Shown one piece after another: positions 1 to 12,234 of a stretch of DNA of 64,000 nucleotides. The DNA is from Phoronis australis (lineage: Eukaryota; Animalia; Phoronida), in contig NMRA01000807.1 in NCBI GenBank assembly GCA_002633005.1, forward strand, positions 34,583-98,582, written 5' to 3'. Position numbers and translations under genes: made by a program. Within the stretch, counting starts at the first letter, position 1; each line of letters begins with the position of its first letter. The notes below the pieces were generated by a model that did not search any database, had not been told where the DNA came from, and was given only the letters and a program-made list of their open reading frames with translations.

Positions 1-399
1 TTTTCCTGTGCTCCTGTAATGGACTTATTACGCTGAAGAGCGTTTAGCTGCACGCATTGACTTGTTTGCTTTCCTCTCCTCAGCACGTGTCTCAAGTATA
101 CCAACTCATTGTGAGGTGAGAATTCACTCGACTCGATTGGTTATTAAAATTCCCTTGTAATATTCCGCGTCTCTCTGAGTTGCATAAAAATCAATGCACT
201 CCGGCTTTGGGCCGCAGGCTTGATTACTCTTGTGCCGAGTTCAACTCGTACAAACTTTCCGACATGATGCCTTATCTTGGGTACACCGCACGATAAAGAA
301 GCCATTTTCTAGTGCAGTACCACGACTGATCACGAATTAACTCTCAACGTACATAAATCTGTCAGGTCAAACCAATTTCCTTTTTGCAGAGAGTGTCAG

Positions 400-686
400 C
401 AGGCCCGTAACTAGGGGGAGGGGTTCGGGGGTTCGATCAACCCCCCCCCGCAAGAGGTCCAGCCCCATCCATCTGTTAATTAGGTTATAGATGGGCAACA
501 ACAAATTGTTGTGGATACTAGTATTACTAACTGCAATGATAATCAAGTTAGTAATGATTCTGAATTTGCTTCTGATTCAAAGCACTTCTCGTAATCATCG
601 GACCGTACCGGGCCAACTTCGCTGAATTGGTGTTTGCGCAGATGGCAGACTATTGGGTGAGGCTTTATGTTATTCATCGGCACTGA
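400..686 (+). mobile_element. MITE-like repeat with GC-rich CAGGCCCGTA end (partial)
   Basis: An inverted paralogous copy lies at ~35935-36236. Confidence 0.7.
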
Positions 687-1231
687 ACGCGCGTGGTGGC
701 TACACCATAGGGTAACAAGGGAGTCTAGAAGTAAATATGTAAACCCAGCTAAGCGCTACAGCAGCGAGACAGCTTCCAAAACTAATGTGTTGGAATGCAT
801 TAAAATCGACCAAAAACAAAACAGCAGAATATAGGTTTGTTAACCGCTAATTTTGGTATTCTTGCTAGCATAGAACGGTAAACTGCAAGCAATTTCAAAC
901 TGAAAGTGATCGTCAAATATGTTGATCATCCAGTGTCCACTTTGATTGTGGATTGGTGGATTGACATGCATGCGTGTACATCTGTGTGCGTTTCCGTTTT
1001 TTTAAATTCAGTGCCCGCTGACGGTAAGTTCACTATAGGCAATCCTCCGTGGTTGCTCAAAAACCAAACATTCAAATACCGTGTTTTCGTGCACTGAGAA
1101 AACCCCGGCGAACATGTATTGGGGAAAAGTAGGTGTAGACCTGATAAAGTCTTCTCTTTTTTATCAGTGTCAATGGTTCGCAGCCTCGCAGACTTCAGAC
1201 AAGCAACAAACTTGATGCAGAAGAATTCCAA

Positions 1232-2068
1232 GGTTACTATTCCGGAGGTTCACTACTCCGAAGATTCACTTCTCCGAAATTTTGCTACCTTCGAAAGTTC
1301 ACTACTCCGAATGTCCACAATTCCGAAACCAGAACTCATTACTCTGATTTTCTGCTAATGAGTCGGAACTGATGTGAATAAAGTATTGTATTTGTGTCCG
1401 TTTAGTAACCATTTATAGGGTGTGCAAGAGTTGAATAGTCCTTAAAACATTGATTACATCGTTTACAAATGAGCTTTAGTTCTAATCACTGCCAATCGTG
1501 TTTCTTGAATTTATCTAACGGCTCATTCCCAATCATGCTGGGACAACGTACCTGGGGCACGGGTCAGGGCTGCGGCGAACAACGGCGGGTTGCAGTAAAT
1601 TTAAGAAGTTGGAATGGGACTCTCGGACTTCGTGAAGGGTGGCAGGGATAGGGTAACCTACGAACTACATTTAATTTCGTCGTATCCGGTGCGCGTGGGT
1701 GAGGTTGAAACGCAGCTGCCCTAAACTATTTAGTCGCAGAGTAAAATGAAGTGGTCTTGACATGGATTTGATGAATGTGTCGTGATTGACAATTCATCAA
1801 TATTGCAGCAACTTCATGTTCTTTTAAAAATGCAAGTACATAGGCCTACTCATTTTTCCGTATTCATCATGAAGTTCAAGCAAAGTACTGTGGTAATTGG
1901 GCGTTGTTTTCGGTATACCGATTCACCACTTAGTGCATCTAATAACCGAAGTATCGTTTATCGTTTATTTTTGAATGGTAAAGTATGAAAATTAAACCTG
2001 AGCTCGGAATTTTAGATTTGAATCTTCGAAGTAGTGAATGTTTGAAATGGTGAACCTTGGGAATAGTG
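1232..2068. mobile_element. Foldback/MITE-like element with subterminal ~16-bp tandem repeats
   Basis: GTTCACTACTCCGAA-type units at 1232-1330; degenerate inverted units (TTCGAAGTAGTGAA, GGAATAGTG) at 2020-2068. Confidence 0.45.
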
Positions 2069-2338
2069 TGCTCTTCCCATTTCCAGCGATGTAAGCAACT
2101 TATGTAACACGCAAAAAGACAACAAGATAAAAAATTTTCAAATTCGTCCGAGTATGTAATGAGGTGTAATCACTCATTTAAGAACGCCTGATTTGAAAGT
2201 TTGGAAGGAAGTAACGCTAGAACGTTCTCTTTCTGGACCACTAAAGTTACATCCGAAGTTGAGTCCCGTTCTTTTCGACCAACCGTCCCGGCGTCCTCAT
2301 TTCTGGTATTATGAATTCCGTCCATCTCAGGTAGATTA

Positions 2339-2409
2339 CAGAGGCGGCGCAGCACTGCAAAAAGTAGGGGGTTATAGCCCACCCAGCCCCCTATGGTGCG
2401 CTGCCCATG
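2339..2409. mobile_element. ~70-bp GC-rich mini-MITE (CATGGGCGGCGCA-type termini)
   Basis: Same family at 28582-28718 (2 copies), 43220-43294 and 62125-62264 (2 copies). Confidence 0.75.
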
Positions 2410-2869
2410 ATATAGAGCTGAGAGTCATCGTTCTGTATACACATTTCCCTCCCCCCCTAATCAAGCTTCAACAAGGGTCTTACCGAAAATTCTACAGAGT
2501 CGACGTTTGCAAATATCAAAAGTTCACCGTTCTAGAAATTCGAACCCGACAACCCGCGCAATGCTGGCTACAAGCGTGTCCAGGTTACGGACTTATATTT
2601 TAAAAAAATCCAGTGTCATTTTCATTACAAAAACGTCAAACGAAACTCTCATTCTTATAAAAATGAGTCCGCCTAGTCGCATATTGAAGAAGTAATATAT
2701 GTGTGTTATTAGGAAGACCTGATCGCCTTTATAAACGGAATTCAATAAGATGACCCTACTGGTAGTTACTACTTTAGGCACTGACTAAAAGTAGTAGGCC
2801 TACGGGTGTTGGCTGGGACAGGGACAAACTGGAATGTGTACAATATTTCTGCTTACACACCTGTGAGAC

Positions 2870-3700
2870 TTAAGGTTACGTGTACTCCTATTTTACAAAA
2901 ATACCATAAAAACATCGGCGCTAACTATATGGAAATACCCAGACACAGTTTTTGAGCATTTTTATCGAAGTTTTAATACAGAAAAATGGTGAATGAGGGT
3001 GTATGGACTTTTTCTCTATCAATGTACCTTTCAAAAAACGTTTTTTGCCATGCTCACGTGACAACGAGAATTGATCAGTGTAGTGAATGACATGATTAGA
3101 TTTGTGTCGATTCCTAGAAAATATACACTTTTCTCACGTGACCTGGAATGTGTTACGACACGACTGGTTAATAACACCGAACACGTAATTTTTTTGATAT
3201 TGCATGGGCGAATCACAAAGTAGTGCAAAGTATAAATCTATACACCTTACATTTTATCGTCTGCAAAATACTAATACAAACAACAAAACGCGCCAACCAA
3301 ACAATGCCGGAATTCCGTGAAGGTGACAAGGCTATGATTGACAAATTGAGTGTCGCAACTGTACATACTCCTAGTCGGTAGGACATGCAGACAACTTCTT
3401 CAGTGACGATTTCCATATTCACGTTCATTCAAACGGAGACTAACCCCAACTCAAGAAACGCGGTGAGACTGCCTAGCTGTGCTTTCTCAAGGTCAATTCA
3501 GTGTTCACGCTGTTATTTATAAACATTTGTTATGTTTTAATATTAAAATTACAGAGATTGTTTATTAGATTATAACTTGAGCATTTGTTACGAAAGATGA
3601 ATGCAGTTTACAATTGTTAAGTTTAAAATAAAGCTATTAACAAAACCTATAAACCTGCTTTCCATTACAAAACCAATTTTGGATAGTTGCAGCAAGTGAG
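2870..3700 (+). repeat. Dispersed repeat (non-autonomous DNA transposon, TTAA-type end)
   Basis: 3128-3680 resembles the reverse complement of ~41860-42460; begins cTTAAggtt. Confidence 0.65.
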
Positions 3701-6700
3701 TGTAATGCGTGAAATTTGGGTTATTATTATAATGGATGTTGTCATGTTTTCAATTTGAAGCCTTTGAATCAGTTATAAAAAGTAACAAGAACGAATAAAT
3801 ACTTAAAACTAACCAAAAGAGACGTATGCGCCTTTGTGCGAAAAGGTTGGTTAGTAACTCATCATTTCGAAAAGGCGCATCGGTCTAATTACTTGAATAC
3901 TCTGTAATTGCTTTACTGTCAAGTTTCGATCAATCTGATTACGGATAATAACGCATAACTTTGTTTTAGAAACACAAATGTGTTATAGGAATAGGTGTTA
4001 TGTTGGGACGTATGGGTTTCTAATGAAACAAATGACTAAAATAGATAAATGTTTTTGTGACAGAAAGGATCGATTCATCTTGTTATATGTTGCTTTGATA
4101 GAACATCAACTTACGCCAAACGACAATGAAAGTTACAAGGTTATAATTGGCTTGTTTTGTTGCCGTAGAACTGCAGAGTAAATTCTAGTAATCGAGATGT
4201 GTACTAACGATGACTTCAAAGATTAGATATTGTAGACCAAATAAATGGAGAAATCATAATTGTTTTGATTCAGCGATCAATTTGAAATTTCTCATGCATT
4301 GAGACATTAAACACGTTGTTGTGCTGGTAAAAACAGATTGCAAAACTCAAATATTCCTTGTAATATTGTATTCTCATGCGCAAATTGTATTTTACAATAC
4401 TCATCGAAATCCCCTTGGCAGCCAGCCTGAGGACAAATTCTGTGATTGACCCAGTCATGCACAATGCGAAGTAAACACTAGCCAGAAGCTCAATATATAT
4501 GTACACCTTCTCCAGTTCAGACTTAGAAGAATTTATTGCACTGTAATGGCTGTCCGTTTCAATTAAACCACTAGACTGGAAAAACAATGACTGGCGTACT
4601 TGCATCTCAAAACTGATTGTATTTACGCGAGGTACTTATAAATTCCCCGCTTACGAAAGGTTCACTTCATGGGCTGGAATGTGGCAGAGGAGTATGTTTT
4701 TTTTCAATGAACGCCGCAAAAGAGTGTCCATTTCTGCAGAAGGGCTTCATAGTTTATTCAGGTTTCTGTTCTGTATTGAAAAGCCTACTGTTCAAAGTGT
4801 TAATATTTCAACTTGAAATAATTCAATGGAAAAACACTTCGTTGAGTTTAAAGATTTTCTCGAACGGATTTTGGTAGTGGATGTATTCAGATAGCCCTGG
4901 TAATGGGAATGGCAAAAACACGAGTCAGTAACATACTCAAACGCAGTGGTATTTTCGGAACACATTACGCCACTATGAGAAAACAAATAATGTACGTACG
5001 AACTAATTTTGTACATTCTACTAGTAGAAGTATGCATCTGAGCTACCGCGGGTACCAGCGAATACTTATCTCAAGGGGCTATTCTAATCAAACACTTCAC
5101 AATATATATCAAATTAAGTAATATGTAACACGCTATAACGTTTTCCTCTTTTTGTTATCAAACTACAAGCCCGTTTGATCACAATTCTGAGCCGCAGTCC
5201 AAAACAGAAAAACATCGACGATTCTCGGCTATTTCCGTGACATGAGTTCCCTGTTCTTCAGGTCTGGAACGCTTCCAGAATGAATTGCCGGGATGCCGTC
5301 TTGAAAACGTAGCGATACTACATTAGCGTAAAACCGTTGTTTTTACTTGGCGAAATAAATTTCGCCAAGTATGTTGCTCTTCCACTAAGTTTTTTTTTGT
5401 TCGCACGATACAATACAGGTCGCAATTTTCGTTCGATCATCACGGAATTTACACATAACACGTAGTTCCGCAAGTACTGGAAGCCTATTGTTTTTCGTCA
5501 TAATCGGATCCAAGATGGCGGCTGTGGCGGCCATTTTGTTTTCATTTTAAAATTCAAAGGCTTCTGTAGGCTACAATTTTTTGCATACAGGTTTGAAACT
5601 CAGCACAGTTAATGGACCGGATGTGCACTACAAGTGCACCGAAAATTGTTTACTTCCGGTTAAAGATGGTGGAAATATTGGCATTCGCGCATGTGCACCT
5701 CGATTTCGGGAAAAAAACGTTTTCTCCTGTAGAGGGGGCAATATAGGGCAAATTCCTTTGAATTTTTGCGTTTATCCTTTTTTTATAATTTGCTATTATA
5801 CAAAGCCAAAAAACCGGAAGTTGCTTTCAAGATGGCGGTTCTGGCGCATGTTGACCTATTTTCAGTCGTGCTAAGGTGCCACCTAAACGCGAGGAGAAAA
5901 TGACGTGAATTTTTGCATGTGGATTTTCTAAAGTATATTCTTTCAAAAGAACTGTAACAATTTTTTCTCAAACTTACCGTTTTTGAGATATTTGACTTTA
6001 AATTTCTTAAAAAAACCCAAAATTTCATTTTTTTCGAAAAAATTTATGGAATTGGGAATTGTGTGATACTATCAATTTCGATAAAATTTTGAACGAGCTT
6101 TCACAAGATATTTTCCATTTTCCGCTAAGACGTCTACTTTTTGAGTTATTTGAGATTTTCTGATAACGCTGTTCCTTTGTTGAGCGCTCTTGCTGCATTG
6201 ATGTAGGTTTAGCTTCTATTGAACTAGACTGTAGCCTATTTCTTATTGATTTATGACATCTAAAATCGTCATATGAATGCTATGATGTTGTTCATAATCG
6301 CCACCACCATCATCATATTCGTCATCTTCGTCATCATCTCCGACGTCGTCTTTTTTTTCGATAATTTCGCCAAGTGTCGCTCAAGACTGTAGCCTATTTC
6401 TTAATGATTTCTGACCTCTACGTTCGTTATATGAATGATATCATAACTTGCACTGTCCATCATCGCCACCATCGTCGTCATAGCTGTCATCTTCGTCATC
6501 ATCTTTGTCGTCGTCTTTTCTCGTCATCTCTAACATGGCTTTTTTGGTTAATTTCGCCAAGTTTCGCTCCTCAGAGCGCTTTCATTTTTTTTGTTTGTTC
6601 GCACGATACAGGTCGCATTTTTCGTCCGATCCGCACGAAATTTACGCACAACTTGTAGTTAAAAAAGAGCTAGAAGCCTATTTGTTTTCGTCATTTTCAG

Positions 6701-6794
6701 ATCCAAGATGGCGACGTAGCGGCCATTTCGTTTGTGATTTCCGATTCAAATGCTCATGGGGGCCATAATTTTTGACGTACACGATTAAAAACAG

Positions 6795-7420
6795 TATGGT
6801 TGTTCTACCAGACGTGTTCTATGTCTGAACTGAAAGAGATAACATGTGGCGTCCCCCAGGTTTCTATTCTGGGCCCCTTGTTATTTCTCTTGTATGTCAA
6901 TGACATGGAATCTGCAGACAATTGTAATGTTCTTCTGTACGCAGACGATTCTGCCTTATTTTTTCACATACGAACTTCTCCTTTATTGAGCTCAATAACC
7001 CATGTAATTGGTTTATTGACAACAAACTTTCCCTTTATGTTGGTAAAACTCAATCGTTTATTTTTAGTAAATCAAACTATATTGATTTTAATGTAACTTG
7101 TAAGGATAGTGTTATCACTTCATGCTCATCTTGAAGTTATCTTGGTCTTCAACTGCATAAAAAGCTCTGTTTTGAGGAATCAGTCAAGTCTATTATTAAA
7201 AATGCAATTGCAGACTAAAATTTATGTACAAGCATAGAGATTGCTTCGACCATAAGTCACGTAAAACCCTGTGCAATTCACTAATAATTCCTTTGTTTGG
7301 TTATGCCTGTTTAAGCTGGTTTTCCAGTTTAAATAGTTGTCTTCGCAAAAGGGTGCAGGTGTTTCAAGATAAATTAATTAGATATTTACTCAGTTTACAC
7401 CCTCGTATTCACATAATAAC
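6795..7420 (+). mobile_element. L2/CR1-group LINE RT fragment (5' part, decayed)
   Basis: CGVPQVSILGPLLFLLYVNDM...LYADDSAL; later LCNSLI..FGYAC.SWF...QDKLIRY. Confidence 0.88.
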
Positions 7421-7458
7421 TCCATATACTAAAGAAAACAACAACGGTTTTAAGTCGA

Positions 7459-7503
7459 CTTGACATGTTTCGGTGTCATTTATTCAAACACCATCATCAG
7501 AAG
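7459..7503 (-). ncRNA. Minimal type I hammerhead ribozyme, second copy
   Basis: Reverse complement identical to 9806-9850. Confidence 0.82.
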
Positions 7504-9805
7504 AGAGAATGCAGTGGCCACCTAGCTAGGCCCAGCAACAAGTAATGAAGCACAGATGCAGTCAGTTACAGGGAGTGACAATGAACTAGACCAACAATGA
7601 CAACTTGTGGTGTGTCAGTTGCCTATTGAGATTGGGCTTGCACTAATTGATGTGTAGAGCCTCACGAATTTTAAGCTTCTTTGTTGTTACTGCCTGGTCT
7701 ATTATTGCAAAGTCAGTGAAAGAGCACTGCTGAATTTAGATGTTCCTTGGTCCTGGTTTTCAAATGGCGAACAGTTTCGCCGAAATAACGGCTGCCACAT
7801 CCAGCACAGATAAATTTGTACACTACCCTGGACCGTAGACCCATAGGAATTTTGTCCTTAGGGTTAAATAAATTTGACAGTTTCAGAGACTTGAATCTTA
7901 ATACAACACTTATGTTTACACAGTAATCATTCACCAATTTGTTGAGTTTTCGTTGAGCAATCTTGGCGTAAAACCCAACATACGGTACTTTAAAGTAATT
8001 GTAGTTAGTTTTGTCTACAGGATGAATATCATCAGGGTTACGTTGGAGTCTTGCTTTCAGTACCCTATTGACTAATTCTAGGGGATAGCCATTCTTTTGC
8101 AAATTCGTTGTGAGTTCTTTAATATTAGAATCAAATCTAGCCCAAGTGTTGTTAATGCGATACACCCTGTCCATTAGAGTTTTAATGAGACCTACTTTAT
8201 AAACAAAGGATGAGCAGCTATGAAAACAAGTGTACAAAACACATCATATACATATCGTCGGTAGAAATAGACATGAGGACCAGTGTGCGTCTCAATCCAT
8301 GTTTTCTCATGGTGACCTAAAAACATGCCGTCTAATATGGAGCTAAAGGTGAACTCATTGCTATACCATCACTTTTGGTTTAAAAACCTCCCCATTAAAT
8401 ACAAAATGGGTTTTGCTGGTATCAAATTTGAATAGCTCCATGAGTTCAGCTCCAGTATTCTTTACACGGGGATAGTTTTTCATTATACAGTCAGTAGCCA
8501 AAGATATACATTCTGTCCACAGGTAGGTTAGAAAACAAACTCGCAATATCAAAAGAAGCCATGAACCGATTCCTGAGAACTTGACCCCTAACCTCAGAAA
8601 CAAAAGAGAATGTATCACCTGCTATGTAGTCCTCATTTATATGTGGTTTGAATAGCTTACATAGGTACTTGGCAAGATTATAATTGAAAGTATTCACAGA
8701 TGACACAATAGGTCTAAATGGAGGAATGGTATCCTCTGTCTGTTTGTGTATTTTTGGTAAGCCATATAATTTACCTGGCTGTGAACCTTGTGGATACAAA
8801 TAGTTGTACGTCTCAGTATCTAAACGACCATCATTCTTAATTTTGCGTAAAAACCTCTGCAACTGTCCTTCTCTAGTTAGTGTAGGATCTGCTTTGACAC
8901 GTCTAAACTTCGATACATCACTCAGAATTTCATTCAAAAATTGACATAATTATTACGATCTAAAATTACTACACCATTTCCCTTATCGGGTCTAATTATC
9001 ATTAGGTTTTTGTTTTGTGGCAGTTCCTTGATCACCTTAAACTTTCTCAAATCACTCCAAGATGGCCTGTGGGACGACACATATGTTGACGCTAATCTTG
9101 TTAAATCAGCCTTCAGTTAAGTCCCTGCTAATATTAAAGAACTCACAACGAATTTGCAAAAGAATGGCTATCCCCTAGAATTAGTCAATAGGGCACTGAA
9201 AGCAAGACTCCAACGTAACCCTGATGATATATATCCTGTAGACAAAACTAACTACAAGTACTTTAAAGTACCGTATGTTGGGTTTTACGCCAAGATTGCT
9301 CAACGAAAACTCAACAAATTGGTAAATGATTACTGTGTAAACTTAATAGTTGTATTAACATTCAAATCTCTGAAACTGTCGAATTTATTTAACCCTAAGG
9401 ACAAAATTCCTATGGGTCTACGGTCCAGGGTAGTGTACAAATTTATCTGTGCTGGATGTGGCTGCAGTTATTTCGGCGAAACTGTTCGCCATTTGAAAAC
9501 CAGGATCAAGGAACCTCTAAATTCTGACAGAGGTTCACATGTAGATATTCACCTACAGAGCTCCAATCATTGTTATTAGCAGTGCTCTTTCAATGACTTT
9601 GCAATAATAGACCTGGCAGTAACAACAAATGAGCTTAAAATTCGTGAGGCTCTACTCATCAATTAGTGCAAGCCCAATCTCAATAGGCAACTGACACACC
9701 AAAAGTTGTCATTGTTGGTCTAGTTCATTGTCACTCCCTGTAACTGACTGTATCTGTGCTTCATTACTTGTTGCTGAGCCTAGCTATGTGGCCACTGCAT
9801 TCTCT

Positions 9806-9850
9806 CTTCTGATGATGGTGTTTGAATAAATGACACCGAAACATGTCAAG
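9806..9850 (+). ncRNA. Minimal type I hammerhead ribozyme (Penelope-associated)
   Basis: ctt CTGATGA t ggtgt...acacc GAAAC ATGTC aag: complete core, helix II GGTGT/ACACC, palindromic ACATGT helix III, GUC site, helix I CTT/AAG. Confidence 0.82.
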
Positions 9851-9889
9851 TCGACTTAAAACCATTGTTGTTTTCTTCAAAATATGAAC

Positions 9890-10547
9890 TCACATTAGTT
9901 TTTATCGCTTTTATTCTCTTGGGTGGCTAAGTATTAAAAAACTTGGGTTAACCAACTCAAGCGCCACCTTATTCATAAAATTGTTCATGGCAACGCCCCA
10001 AATTATCTCCTTGATCACTTTTCAGCATTTAAACCACTCCATTCTCACAGTACTAGGAGCAATAATGGTTTTATTCAACCAAGAGTCAAAACACACGGAT
10101 CTAAAATTTTATTAAATTCAATCATAGTTATTTGGAATTCACTTGGTGGCCACTTGAGAGATATTACAGATACAAATAGTTTCAAACGACAAATCAAACA
10201 ATACCTATTTAGCCTTATTGAGACAAGTGATAACTCCGCTTTTATTTATTAATTTTATTTATTTATTTGTCATCTATCATGTCACTTCATTTTTCAATCT
10301 TTCTCAGCTCTTTTCGCCTATACTTAGCTTTTCTGTCATGTTTCATTCCTCCTGTGTAATTATTCATAATTACTTATTTATTCCTAATATTTATTTTCTT
10401 TAATTTTTCACTTTGTGTAAGGACCACCACGGAAATAAGTTTTTAACTTTTGATGTTATCCAGATAGTGTACATAATTATTTTTTATATCTTTATTATTG
10501 TAATCTATGTGTATTGTGGAATAAATTTATAATAATAATAATAATAA
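9890..10547 (+). mobile_element. L2/CR1-group LINE 3' part and tail
   Basis: Continues the interrupted ORF (LGWL...KIVHGNAPNYL...WNSL); 3' UTR GGACCACCACGGAAATAAG, then aataaa and an (AAT)n tail. Confidence 0.8.
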
Positions 10548-11015
10548 AGTTTTACAAATGTGCCGCAAATCTTTAACTTCCGGTTAAAGATGGCGGAAAT
10601 ATCGGCTGTTGCGCATGCGCACCTCGATTTCGAGACGAAAACGTTTTGTCCTGTAGAAGGCACATTGTAAGATCAATTGCTTTGAAACTTTTCAGGTGTT
10701 AGTTTCTTGTAACTAGCTATTATGAAGTGCTGCGTAACCGGAAGTTGCTTTCTAGAGGGCGGATCTGGCGCATTTTCACCCATTTTCAATTGTGCTGGGG
10801 TGCCATTTTGAACGGGAAGAGATAATGACGTGAATTTTTGTGTGTTGATTGTAACGTTTTTTTTTTCTCGGACTTACCGTTTTTTGAGTTATTTGCCTTT
10901 GAATTTCAAAAAATACAAATTATGAAATTTTTCGAAAATTTTACGAAATTTTGTAAATCTACATAGTTAGATAGAGTTAATTAAGTCGCCGCCTAAATAA
11001 AAAAGTTTATGTTCA

Positions 11016-11052
11016 AACAACGTTTCGTATATTCATTAGGCATCATCAGGAT
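11016..11052 (-). ncRNA. Degenerate minimal hammerhead motif
   Basis: atc CTGATGA ... GAAAC GTT gtt; helix II disrupted. Confidence 0.55.
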
Positions 11053-12197
11053 CATTTTTACAGCAATTTAGGACAGCAAGTGCCAACATACAGCTCAGGT
11101 AAAATCCATAAAGTGAATTGAGAGATACAGGGAATAAAGACACATAGCTGGTCATCACCATAGTTGCAGGGTCACTGAGCTCTGCATGTTATTCAGAGAA
11201 TCAGTGGCATGCTGGTTCTGAATGGCCAATGACTCTTTAATGTTCGGTAACTCCTTATTAGGTTCTCTGCAGATAATACTAACTGAATTGGCTTGGCGAT
11301 TGTTGCTAACACAATGCCTATATATGTTGATTTTCTCTGAGGTGTGATGTTCTTTCAGCCTGTCACAGTGGCTTTTCTGTGGATTCCGATATAGAATTCC
11401 TTACAGTTGTCACATTCAACCTCATAAACAACATTGCTCTTGTTTAATAAAGTGATGGGTGACTTCAGTTTACACAGCGTATTGGAAAGTTTCCGAATAG
11501 GTTTGAAAACCACTATCAGTTCAATGGCTGGGTTTATGCAATGAATAAGGCGAGATAATTGACGTTTTAATTTTATACTACTTGGCACGGTGTAACCAAG
11601 AGAAAAGAAAACTTTCTTTTTCTCGGGTCCAATAACAGCTACTTTATCTGCCTCATTCATTTTTGAAAGAAAGTGTCTTTTACAGCTATTCAGAAAATTC
11701 AGAGGGTAACCATTGGCACGCAATAACTGGAAAATCCTTGATACGTCACTATCAAAATTTAAATTGGTGGAACAAATTCTCCAGGTACGGTGTAACAACC
11801 AATTGACTAGACCTCTCTTGTACTGGATCGGCACAAAACTATCAAATTTAAGATAAAGCCCAGAAAAATTGGGCTTACGATACACAGATGTAACAATGGT
11901 GCTGTTTAACCAAGACATCTAGAAAAGGTAAAAACGACTCGCGCTCAGATTCACTGGTGAAGTTGATGGACGGATGCATATTGTTCATTTGATTAAAAAA
12001 GGTGTTGACTGAGTTCTTGGATGAAAAGACAACAAACGTATCGTTCACATACCTACGATAAAATTGTGGTTTACAATCCGGTGGACAACTAGGCAGAGCC
12101 TCAGTCTCAAGATTGCACCTGAAAATATTAGCTAACACTGGTCCCAGTTCAGATTGACGGAGAGGCCATGGGTTCACTCTAAGTTGTTGTAAATATG

Positions 12198-12234
12198 ATC
12201 CTGATGACGTCTAATACATAGACAAAACATTGAT
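12198..12234 (+). ncRNA. Degenerate minimal hammerhead motif
   Basis: atc CTGATGA c gtcta-ataca-tagac AAAAC ATT gat; helices intact, two core G>A changes. Confidence 0.55.

Larger units (their letters stand above)
7421..9889 (-). mobile_element. Penelope-like element 1 (RT plus GIY-YIG, decayed) with inverted 3' copy
   Basis: LYGLPKIHK..PFRPIVS, SFDIASLF, AMSSPLAP, FYRRYVYD (YVDD mutated) and VVYKFICAGC...Y.GETVRHL.TR..EH on the minus strand; 7421-8128 inverted at 9128-9889. Confidence 0.93.
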
